Origin: Geobacter sulfurreducens PCA
GTDB taxonomy: Bacteria > Desulfobacterota > Desulfuromonadia > Geobacterales > Geobacteraceae
Assembly (NCBI RefSeq): GCF_000007985.2
Contig: NC_002939.5
Span: 1,020,001 to 1,052,000, forward strand
DNA: 32,000 nucleotides
Direction of reading: 5' to 3'
The translations under genes were made by a program, and so were the position numbers. The notes below the pieces were generated by a model that did no database searches, was not told where the DNA came from, and was given only the letters and a program-made list of their open reading frames with translations. Of this stretch, positions 15,733 through 23,390 are shown piece by piece; positions within the stretch are counted from its first letter, which is position 1, and every line of letters begins with the position of its first letter.

Positions 15733-16178
15733 AGTATCCCATTATTGAGCAGTTAGTGTGATGCATATCCAATGGCCCCTGGGGGGCGGGCCAAGCTAAC
15801 AACCTGGAACTACATAATAATAGCCCTCAAAGAACGTATTTTCAGGCCTTAGGGCCTCATTTTCGTCGGCCAAATTGGCATTGTAAGGCTCCGCCTTCTC
15901 GAATCAATCCCCCTCACACATCACTAACACCCTTTCATAGATCAATTACCATCCCCGTTCAATCAGGAAAACCCCTATACTCCGCGGTTGTGAGCCTCGT
16001 TTCAGGAGATTATGTAACCAGAGCCGTTTCGATGACCTTGATGGATGCAGGCTGCGTAAGGAGCGCGGTCTCCACGGGGTCAAAACTAGATGTTTTCGCA
16101 AAAATGCAAAAATAACTGGATTTTTTTTTGGTGTTTACATACTATCCTCCGTGACTCCGCACAGATGGAAGAGGCCCC

Positions 16179-18146
16179 ATGCGCCGGTATCTTTTCAGCT
16201 TCATGACCAATCTAAAGCTCCGCTGGAAGATGCTGGTACTGGTGATGCCGCTGGTGATCATTCCCATTTTCGTGGTGGGCGGGGTGATCGGCTACATCTC
16301 CACCAAGCAGGCCTACCGGGGGATCACCCAGACCTCCCGGGACGACCTGGAGCACATGGCCAGCTTCACCATCGATCTCCTCAATTCCCACTACCAGCAG
16401 TTCCAGGTCTACAAGCAGGACAAGATGCGGACCGTGCACCTGGAACTGGCCACCCTCACCAATCTTTCCTACAACCTGGTCGAGGCCCAGGACCGCCAGT
16501 ACCGGGCCGGCAAGGTGGACCTGCGCACCGCCAAGGAGGAGGCCCGCAAGGCCCTCAAGCGGGTCAGCGTCGGCATGACCGGCTATATCTACGCCATGAC
16601 CACCAAGGGGCTGCTGGAAGTCCACGTGGCGCGGGAAGGGGAGAACGTCTACGACGAGAAGGACGAGAACGGTCGCCCCTTTATCCGGATCATGTGCGAG
16701 AACGCGCTCAAGGCCAAGCCGGGGGAGGTGCTCTATATCGTCTACCCCTGGCGCAACGAGGTGCTGGGAGACAAGTATCCCCGCAAAAAGGTGGTGGCTT
16801 ACCGGTACTTCCCCCAGTGGGACTGGATCATCGCGTCGGGCGGCTATCTGGAGGAGACCTATGAGGACGTGGCCTTCGAGCGCCGCTCCTTTGCCGAGCT
16901 GAAGGAGAAGATCCGCAGCAAGAAGGTGGGGGAGACCGGCTACATCTTCTGCATGGACGATACGGGGACCTTTACCATCCACCCCTCGGGCGAGGGGCAG
17001 AATTTCCTCAATGCGGTCGACTCCAGCGGCAACAAGTTCATCAAGGAGATGGTGGAGAAGAAGCGCGGGTGGATTCGCTACCCCTGGCGCAACAAGGGAG
17101 ACGCGTCGCCGCGGATGAAGCTCGTGCGCTACGACTACTTCAAGCCTTGGGGATGGATCGTGGCGGTCGGGTCCTATGAGGACGAGTTCTACCGGGAGGC
17201 CAACAAGATCCGGGGGCGCATCGTCACCACCATGACGCTGCTGACCATCCTCACCGGCCTCGTGGCAACGGGGCTGGTTTTTCTCGCCGCCAAGGTGTTC
17301 ACCGACCCCATCAACTACATGATCGACGTGATCAGGAAGGTAAAGAAGGGGCGTCTGGACGAGCAGATGGAGGTTGACACCGGCGATGAGCTGGGCGAGC
17401 TTGCCGGCGCCTTCAACCGGATGACCACCATCATCCGCCAGAACAAGGAGATGGAGGCGAGCCTGGCTCAGCAGGGGAAGATGGCATCGCTCGGCGTCCT
17501 CTCTTCGGGCGTTGCCCATGAGATCAACAACCCCCTGGGGGTGATCCTCGGCTATGCCTCGTACCTGGAGTCGAAGATCACCGAAGAGGACCCGACCTAC
17601 AAATATATCCACGAGATCAAGCGCGAGAGCAAGCGGTGCAAGAAGATCGTCCAGGATCTCCTCTCCTACGCCCGGACCCCCAAGCCCGCCCTGGAGCCCA
17701 CCGACATCAACGACCTCCTGGGTCAGATCGTGGGGTTTGCCGCCAACCACACCGACATGCACCACGTGACCGTGGTCCGGGAGTTCGCGCCCGACTTGCC
17801 GCCGGTCATGGCCGACGGCGACCAGATCCGCCAGGTGGCCATCAACCTGATCCTCAATGCCGGCTCCGCCATGACCGCCGGCGGCGTCCTTACCGTCCGG
17901 ACGTTCCTGGACCAGGAGCAGTACGTGAACATCGTGTTCAGCGACACCGGCTGCGGCATCCCCCGCGAGGATCAGGAGCGGATATTCGAGCCGTTCTTCA
18001 CCACCAAGACCAAGGGGACCGGCCTGGGGCTCGCCATTACGCGCCAGATCGTGGAGATGCACCACGGCCGCATCGCCATCGACAGCGAGGTGGGGCGCGG
18101 CACCGACGTTACCGTGCGCCTGCCCCTGGAGCCGGAAGAGCTGTAG
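16179..18146 (+). CDS. Sensor histidine kinase with tandem Cache-type periplasmic domains, HAMP, HisKA and HATPase_c
   Basis: 655-aa ORF. Two TM segments bracket a roughly 300-aa region with a duplicated YPWRN...W(D/G)WI motif. The HAMP region is DELGELAGAFNRM, the H-box is GVAHEINNPL, and the G-boxes are DTGCGI and GTGLGLAI. Confidence 0.9.
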   Translation: MRRYLFSFMTNLKLRWKMLVLVMPLVIIPIFVVGGVIGYISTKQAYRGITQTSRDDLEHMASFTIDLLNSHYQQFQVYKQDKMRTVHLELATLTNLSYNLVEAQDRQYRAGKVDLRTAKEEARKALKRVSVGMTGYIYAMTTKGLLEVHVAREGENVYDEKDENGRPFIRIMCENALKAKPGEVLYIVYPWRNEVLGDKYPRKKVVAYRYFPQWDWIIASGGYLEETYEDVAFERRSFAELKEKIRSKKVGETGYIFCMDDTGTFTIHPSGEGQNFLNAVDSSGNKFIKEMVEKKRGWIRYPWRNKGDASPRMKLVRYDYFKPWGWIVAVGSYEDEFYREANKIRGRIVTTMTLLTILTGLVATGLVFLAAKVFTDPINYMIDVIRKVKKGRLDEQMEVDTGDELGELAGAFNRMTTIIRQNKEMEASLAQQGKMASLGVLSSGVAHEINNPLGVILGYASYLESKITEEDPTYKYIHEIKRESKRCKKIVQDLLSYARTPKPALEPTDINDLLGQIVGFAANHTDMHHVTVVREFAPDLPPVMADGDQIRQVAINLILNAGSAMTAGGVLTVRTFLDQEQYVNIVFSDTGCGIPREDQERIFEPFFTTKTKGTGLGLAITRQIVEMHHGRIAIDSEVGRGTDVTVRLPLEPEEL

Positions 18147-18165
18147 CGTTAATATCAGTTGAGAG

Positions 18166-19569
18166 GTGCCGATCGTGTCAGATAAAAAGCGCATCATGCT
18201 TATCGATAACGAAGAAGGGCTCTGCCGCATGATGGAGGCGGTGCTCGCCGACAGCGGCTATGCCGTGAAGGGGTATACCCGCTCCTTCGAGGCGGTGGAG
18301 GAGTTCAAGGCCGGCGATTGGGATCTGGTGGTGAGCGACATCAAGATGCCCGGCATGGACGGTCTTGAGGTGCTCCAGCGGATCAAGGCCAAGGATCCCC
18401 TTGTCCCGGTCATCATGATCACCGCCTACGCCACGGTGGAGACCTCGATCCAGGCGCTCCGGCGCGGGGCCTACGACATGGTCACCAAGCCCTTCGAGCC
18501 CGAGGAGCTCCTCTACCGGGTCAAGAACGCCCTCAAGCACACCCAGCTTCTGGAAGAGAACCGGGAACTGCGGGAAGAGCTGGTGGGCAAGTTCCGCTTC
18601 GACAACATCATCGGCGCATCCACCGGCCTCAAGGATGTGCTGGACAAGGTTGAGAAGATCGCTATCCGCGACACGTCGGTCCTGATCACCGGCGAGTCCG
18701 GGACCGGCAAGGAGCTCATCGCCCAGGCCATCCATTACAACTCGCTGCGCAAGGAAAAGAAGTTCGTGGCCATCAACTGCGGGGCGCTGCCCGAATCGCT
18801 GCTGGAGAGCGAGTTGTTCGGCTACCGCAAGGGGGCCTTTACCGGCGCCAAGGAGAACCGCCAGGGGCTCCTGGAGGCGGCCGACGGCGGCACGCTCTTT
18901 CTGGACGAGGCGGGCAACCTCCCCATGAACGTGCAGAAGACGCTGCTCCGCTTTCTCCAGGAACAGGAGTTTCTGCGCATCGGCGACACCACCCCCACCA
19001 AGGTCGACGTGCGGATCATCTCCGCCACCAATGCCGAGCTGAAGGAGGCGGTCAAGAGCGGTGCCTTCCGCGAGGATCTTTACTACCGGCTCAACGTGCT
19101 GAATCTTCACCTGCCCCCCCTGCGGGAGCGGCGGGCCGACATCCCGCTGCTGGCGGCCCACTTCATCACGCTGCAGAACAAGAAATTCGGCACCGCCATC
19201 AAGGGGCTCGCCCCCGACGCGTTGGAGGCGGTCATGGAGTTCTCCTGGCCGGGGAATATCCGCCAGCTCAAGAACGTGATCGAAGCCTGCACCGCCATGG
19301 AAAACGGTGATTATCTCTCGCTGGCCGTGCTTTCGCAGTTCATCGAGATATCTCACCATGTGCCCGGGGAAGAAGGGGACACGGCCGGCGATGTGGATGA
19401 GAGCGACTATTCCCAGGCCCTGTCGCGGTTCGAGGTCGACTACCTGAAGGGGCTCCTGCGCAAGAATCGCGGCAACGTGGAGGCTGCGGCCCGCGATGCG
19501 GGGATGAACATGGCCACCATCTACCGCAAGCTCAAGAAGTACAATATCCGCCGCGAAGACTACGCCTGA
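18166..19569 (+). CDS. Sigma-54-dependent response regulator (NtrC family: REC, AAA+ and Fis-type HTH)
   Basis: It has a Walker A (GESGTGKE), the GAFTGA sigma-54 contact loop and a C-terminal HTH (NVEAAARDAGMNMATIYRKLKKY). The start is uncertain: GTG at 18166, or GTG at 18175, which has better SD spacing. Confidence 0.92.
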   Translation: MPIVSDKKRIMLIDNEEGLCRMMEAVLADSGYAVKGYTRSFEAVEEFKAGDWDLVVSDIKMPGMDGLEVLQRIKAKDPLVPVIMITAYATVETSIQALRRGAYDMVTKPFEPEELLYRVKNALKHTQLLEENRELREELVGKFRFDNIIGASTGLKDVLDKVEKIAIRDTSVLITGESGTGKELIAQAIHYNSLRKEKKFVAINCGALPESLLESELFGYRKGAFTGAKENRQGLLEAADGGTLFLDEAGNLPMNVQKTLLRFLQEQEFLRIGDTTPTKVDVRIISATNAELKEAVKSGAFREDLYYRLNVLNLHLPPLRERRADIPLLAAHFITLQNKKFGTAIKGLAPDALEAVMEFSWPGNIRQLKNVIEACTAMENGDYLSLAVLSQFIEISHHVPGEEGDTAGDVDESDYSQALSRFEVDYLKGLLRKNRGNVEAAARDAGMNMATIYRKLKKYNIRREDYA

Positions 19570-19718
19570 CGGTTTCAGGGGCCCCTCTCGGGGCCGTCCT
19601 CTCTTGTGCCGGATTACCCATGGCGTTCCACCTCCTCTCACGGTCGAAGCGGGTTCGCATTTCTGCAAAAGTTCCCCTCTCGACCGTTGCAGCCCTGCAA
19701 TCCCTTACCTTGTTCGTT

Positions 19719-19733
19719 GTAACATGTTGAAAT
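19719..19733 (+). promoter_or_regulatory. Candidate upstream activator site, copy 1 (GTAACATGTTGAAAT)
   Basis: It is a direct repeat of TTAACATGCTGAAAA at 19884-19898, and CGTTGT precedes both copies. They lie about 215 and 50 nt upstream of the sigma-54 promoter. The function is inferred. Confidence 0.25.
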
Positions 19734-19883
19734 GATGGGTGGTTGTCGGACCAGCCCCCTGCATGAGGCAAACCCGTGCCGTCCCCGTAGCCTCTCCGGC
19801 GCTCCCGGTACCCTCGCACGACTGCAAAAACGACGTTCTAGCCTGTTCCTCCCAAATACTCCCCATGGTTCCCGTTGTCATGG

Positions 19884-19898
19884 TTAACATGCTGAAAA
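19884..19898 (+). promoter_or_regulatory. Candidate upstream activator site, copy 2 (TTAACATGCTGAAAA), followed by an A/T-rich tract
   Basis: See copy 1. The A/T tract AATTAAAAAAACAATAAAAG (19905-19924) lies between this site and the -24/-12 element, where an IHF-type bend is often found. Confidence 0.25.
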
Positions 19899-19937
19899 TA
19901 CACAATTAAAAAAACAATAAAAGCCTATTCACGTAAT

Positions 19938-19953
19938 TGGTATACAGGTTGCT
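19938..19953 (+). promoter_or_regulatory. Sigma-54 (-24/-12) promoter TGGTATACAGGTTGCT
   Basis: The spacing TGG-N8-TTGC is exactly that of the consensus TGGCACG-N4-TTGCW. It lies 126 nt upstream of the first ORF of the operon and directly downstream of a sigma-54 activator gene. Confidence 0.6.
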
Positions 19954-20078
19954 CTAGGGATAGACAGTTACTCCTTCATTGCATGGGACAGGGTCGGGGA
20001 TGGTGACGACCAGATGATCCGACTCTCATCCCATGCGCGTCAATCGGACCGGACACGGTTTAAGAGATAGAGGTATCC

Positions 20079-20270
20079 ATGAAGGACGGAATAGTCTGCC
20101 CCTTCTACGGTAAGAGCGATGACATCTGCGATGTGGGATGCGGGTATATCTCGCCCCACGACGTCAACATGATCATCAAGTTCTGCAGCTGCCGGTACCG
20201 CGAGTGCATGAAGTACCAGGAACTGGCCGAGCGGTTTCCCCACGACATCCTCACACCCGTCAAGTGTTGA
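20079..20270 (+). CDS. Small cysteine-rich protein (63 aa, 7 Cys), uncharacterised
   Basis: The sequence is MKDGIVCPFYGKSDDICDVGCGYISPHDVNMIIKFCSCRYRECMKYQELAERFPHDILTPVKC. A GAGG SD lies 6 nt upstream. It is the first gene after the sigma-54 promoter. Confidence 0.6.
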   Translation: MKDGIVCPFYGKSDDICDVGCGYISPHDVNMIIKFCSCRYRECMKYQELAERFPHDILTPVKC

Positions 20271-20291
20271 CCATACAAGGAGGAAGACACC

Positions 20292-20414
20292 ATGCTGTAC
20301 AACATGAGCCTGCATCTTCACGGACCGTACATTCTCTATGCCCTCACATTCGTTGCAGCGTTAACGGTTATATCGTTCGTAAAGGAGAAGAGAGATGAGC
20401 GAAAAAGAGCTTGA
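20292..20414 (+). CDS. Possible 40-aa single-TM peptide (not in the supplied track)
   Basis: My own translation gives MLYNMSLHLHGPYILYALTFVAALTVISFVKEKRDERKRA. A strong AAGGAGGA SD lies 8 nt upstream. It overlaps the next ORF start by 20 nt. Confidence 0.4.
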   Translation: MLYNMSLHLHGPYILYALTFVAALTVISFVKEKRDERKRA

Positions 20415-20646
20415 ACTGCTGGCAAGGATCGAGGAGCTCGAGCGGCACACCTGGCGCAACAGTGCCATCCTTCGGGCGGTCGCCATGGTTGCGGGTACGG
20501 CCATGATCGGCATCATCGTCGCCTCCGGCGTGGTCGGCGGCGGTCACGGCAGCCACTGGACCGGCCCCGCATGGAACACCATGTGGCTCTACGGCCTGTT
20601 CGCGGCCAACGCGGTGTCCATGTTCTGGACCACCCACAAGGATTAG
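20395..20646 (+). CDS. Small membrane protein (83 aa: coiled N-terminus plus 2 TM helices), uncharacterised
   Basis: AAGGAG SD. The sequence runs MSEKELELLARIEELERH and then has two hydrophobic helices. Confidence 0.6.
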   Translation: MSEKELELLARIEELERHTWRNSAILRAVAMVAGTAMIGIIVASGVVGGGHGSHWTGPAWNTMWLYGLFAANAVSMFWTTHKD

Positions 20647-20658
20647 GAGGAACACGCC

Positions 20659-21711
20659 ATGCCAATGAGTATCAAGAACGCAATTCTGCTCCTCGTGGTG
20701 GTGACCCTCTGCGCCGCCTTCAGCATGAGGATCTTCCAGGGACTCGACGAGATGATGGGCGATCAGTACTGGGTGGTGGACGTCTCCCAGGGTGATCACG
20801 GCTGGTACGGCATGGGGCTGCTGCCCCACGTGGTGAAGATGCCCAAGGACATCGTCAAGGCCCTCAACACCGATGCCGACCCGACCAACAACGTGGAGAT
20901 CTATGCCCAGGCGGGCGATTTCGCCGGCGATTCGGTCTACGGCATCTGCTTCGGGATTCCGCTCATCATGTTCCTGATCTGGTTCGCCTTCATCATAGGC
21001 TTCCCGGACCGGGTGGACCCCTATCTGTTGCCACGCAAGATCTTCACCATTGCGGTGATCATCACCTGCTCGGTGGTAGTCAACCTGTTCCTGATGAGAA
21101 TCACCGCCGACTTCGCCACCGACCCCATGGCGCGCATCGCCAACGTGGCGGGCAATCACGCTTCGCTTCTGTTCCACAACGCCGGCATCTGGTTCGCCAT
21201 TCTCTTCTCGGCCCTGGGGACCCACAGCCACTCCATGCACGAAGTGGCAGCCCCTGACAGCCGCCAGTGGCAGACCCAGGCCAATGAGAAGTTCTCCTGG
21301 ATGTTCATCCTGCTCGGCGCCGTGACCGTGCTGGAAGTGTCGCTGGTCAACAACAAGCTTGCCCTCCCCGACGCGGCGGTTGACTACTCGGTCTGGATCA
21401 TCTGGGTGGTGATCTTCATGCGGATGTTCGGCTTCTCGCCCCGCTACTGGATCAAGCGCGGCCGCGGCATCTCCATCATGGTGGTCGGCACGGCGCTGAC
21501 CCTGGGTGCGTTCTACCTGCTGGAGCGTTCCACCGGCACCCTGGGCGCCGGCTTCGCCTCGCCGGTTCTGGCCAAGGCCCTCGGCGTCGAAAACCAGAAC
21601 ATCGGCCTCTCGCTCATGATCTCCATCTACCTCATCTTCTGGATGGAGTTCGCCGCGGCGATCCGCATGAACGGCCCGGTGAAGAAGCCTGTGGAGCAGA
21701 AGATTCCGTAG
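20659..21711 (+). CDS. Polytopic integral membrane protein (350 aa, about 8 TM helices), uncharacterised
   Basis: AGGAGG SD. Hydrophobic segments occur regularly through the protein, and I recognise no family motif. A strong terminator follows. Confidence 0.75.
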   Translation: MPMSIKNAILLLVVVTLCAAFSMRIFQGLDEMMGDQYWVVDVSQGDHGWYGMGLLPHVVKMPKDIVKALNTDADPTNNVEIYAQAGDFAGDSVYGICFGIPLIMFLIWFAFIIGFPDRVDPYLLPRKIFTIAVIITCSVVVNLFLMRITADFATDPMARIANVAGNHASLLFHNAGIWFAILFSALGTHSHSMHEVAAPDSRQWQTQANEKFSWMFILLGAVTVLEVSLVNNKLALPDAAVDYSVWIIWVVIFMRMFGFSPRYWIKRGRGISIMVVGTALTLGAFYLLERSTGTLGAGFASPVLAKALGVENQNIGLSLMISIYLIFWMEFAAAIRMNGPVKKPVEQKIP

Positions 21712-21737
21712 GCAGTCTCACCAAAGCGTACGTTAAA

Positions 21738-21765
21738 GGCGACGGTAAAACCGTCGCCTTTTTTT
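21738..21765 (+). terminator. Rho-independent terminator
   Basis: GGCGACGG-TAAAA-CCGTCGCC followed by TTTTTTT. Confidence 0.8.
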
Positions 21766-21856
21766 ATGGCGTCCACTCTAGACCTGATGCCGATAAGCCG
21801 ATATAACTACATTAGTAGGCTCCATGTTCGCTGCAGGTACGAAAAGGGAGAAAATC

Positions 21857-23227
21857 ATGAACGGCTGGGAGGTTTTCAAGGTATTGTTGTCGGTGGCGAT
21901 GGTGATGGCAGTGGCGCTGCCGGAACCCGCGCGGGCCGTTCCAGCCGCTGTCGCCGCCTCTGTGGACAGCACGGCGACCATTCTGTCAGCCGGCTTTGAG
22001 TCTCTGGTCCAGGATCCGCCTGCCGGCTGGAGCCTGGTGGACAATGCCGGCACCGGAGCCCTGTGGCGCTTCGACGATCCGGCAAAGAGGGGCAACAACA
22101 CCGGGGGGACCGGCGGTTTTGCCATTGCAGATAGCGACTATGCCGGCGCCGTCAACATGGATACGGAGCTTCGGACCCCGCTCCTGGATCTGAGCGGATA
22201 TGAAACGGTCACGCTGAGGTTCGAGACCTTGTTCGAACATGAAGCCGGCGAGACTGCTGCCGTGGAGTTGAGCACGAACGGCGGCGCCGGACCCTGGCAG
22301 CCTCTCTGGAGCAGGAGCGGAGGCAACTATGGTCCCGCCACGGAAGAACTGGACCTCACCTCCCTTGCGGCCGGCAAGCCAAACATCATGATCCGCTTTC
22401 ACTACTACGGTGCCAACTACGCCTGGTACTGGAAAGTGGATGATGTGGCACTGACCGGCATCCCCCGCGCACAGCATCAGCTCGCCGTGACCGTCAACGG
22501 CAGTGGTACGGTAGCAAGCTCTCCTGCGGGGATTTCCTGCCCGGCGACCACCTGCAGCGCGTTGTTCTATGACGGCCTCCCGGTGACGCTGACGGCAACG
22601 CCCGCTGCGGATTACGTTTTTTCCAGCTGGTCGGGAGCCTGCACCGGCACCGGCCCCTGCGTGGTCACCCTGGGGGGCGCTGCGGCCGTGACGGCTACCT
22701 TTGTGCCGAGCACCCGCAATCTGAACGTGACGGTTTCCGGCGCCGGACAGGGGACCGTCACCAGTGTTCCGGCCGGAATCGCCTGCTCGGCCGGCAGCTG
22801 CAACGGAGCCTTCGATACGGGAAGCCAGGTGGAGCTCATTGCCACGCCGTCCACGGGTTCGGTCTTCGCGGGCTGGTCGGGCGACTGCACCGGCACCGGC
22901 GCCTGTACTCCGACCATGACCGCCGACCGGAACGTCGGCGCCGCGTTCGACCCCGCACTAACGGTAGAACTCACCATCGGCACCGCCACGACGCTCCACA
23001 CGACCCTGACGGCAGCCATGGCAGCCATTGCCAATGGCTCTGCTGCCGCCATCAAGGCCAGGGCCATGGAGTTCCCGGAGAGCCTGGCCATCTCCGGCGG
23101 AAAATCCATCGTATTCTACGGCGGATACGCCGAAGGCTTCGGCAGCGTTGCCGGGTACTCGGTCCTGAGGGGGACGGTGACCGTCGGGGTCGGGACGCTC
23201 ACGGCCAGCAATCTGGCGGTTCGCTAA
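21857..23227 (+). CDS. Secreted protein: choice-of-anchor-J/MAM-like N-terminal domain plus divergent InlB B-repeat-type Ig-like repeats
   Basis: I chose the ATG at 21857 because of the GGGAG SD and the signal peptide MNGWEVFKVLLSVAMVMAVALPEPARA. Three repeats follow the pattern VTV.G.G.G.V.S.PAGI.C...C...F..G..V.L.ATP...S.F.GWSG.CTGTG.C. Confidence 0.8.
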   Translation: MNGWEVFKVLLSVAMVMAVALPEPARAVPAAVAASVDSTATILSAGFESLVQDPPAGWSLVDNAGTGALWRFDDPAKRGNNTGGTGGFAIADSDYAGAVNMDTELRTPLLDLSGYETVTLRFETLFEHEAGETAAVELSTNGGAGPWQPLWSRSGGNYGPATEELDLTSLAAGKPNIMIRFHYYGANYAWYWKVDDVALTGIPRAQHQLAVTVNGSGTVASSPAGISCPATTCSALFYDGLPVTLTATPAADYVFSSWSGACTGTGPCVVTLGGAAAVTATFVPSTRNLNVTVSGAGQGTVTSVPAGIACSAGSCNGAFDTGSQVELIATPSTGSVFAGWSGDCTGTGACTPTMTADRNVGAAFDPALTVELTIGTATTLHTTLTAAMAAIANGSAAAIKARAMEFPESLAISGGKSIVFYGGYAEGFGSVAGYSVLRGTVTVGVGTLTASNLAVR

Positions 23228-23317
23228 CCTTTGCCCTCTTCCGGCTTTCCGCGGGGGAGGGCAAAGCGGTTCTTCGGATGTTCCGGGATGTTTCCTCTCG
23301 CCCCTTTGCCGCGAACA

Positions 23318-23347
23318 TTGACAAACACGCTCCGCGACAACTAAAGT
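23318..23347 (+). promoter_or_regulatory. Candidate sigma-70 promoter TTGACA-N18-TAAAGT upstream of the S41 protease gene
   Basis: The hexamers are read from the sequence. The element ends 44 nt upstream of the ATG at 23391. Confidence 0.35.
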
Positions 23348-23390
23348 ATCCGGAGACGCTCCCTTTGACGGAGCCCCGGAGGTTGTTCCC

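Noticed and set aside
16212-18230. 672-aa ORF on the minus strand covering the whole histidine kinase gene. The same phenomenon occurs at 18178-19668(-), 28927-30825(-), 528-2051(+), 2413-3600(+), 5072-6010(-), 9225-10463(-), 20368-21240(-), 23199-24014(-), 24060-24845(-), 26002-26820(-), 26896-27822(-) and 28447-28926(-).
   Set aside because: These are antisense or out-of-frame shadow ORFs, typical of high-GC DNA. Their translations are low-complexity (Arg/Gly/Pro/Ala/His-rich) and lack SDs and domain motifs. The opposite-strand or alternative-frame ORFs carry unmistakable family signatures.
19577-19595. GGGGCCCC-TCTC-GGGGCC hairpin after the response-regulator gene as a terminator.
   Set aside because: No T-run follows it, so it is not a convincing intrinsic terminator. 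It may still pause or stabilise the transcript, but I do not annotate it.
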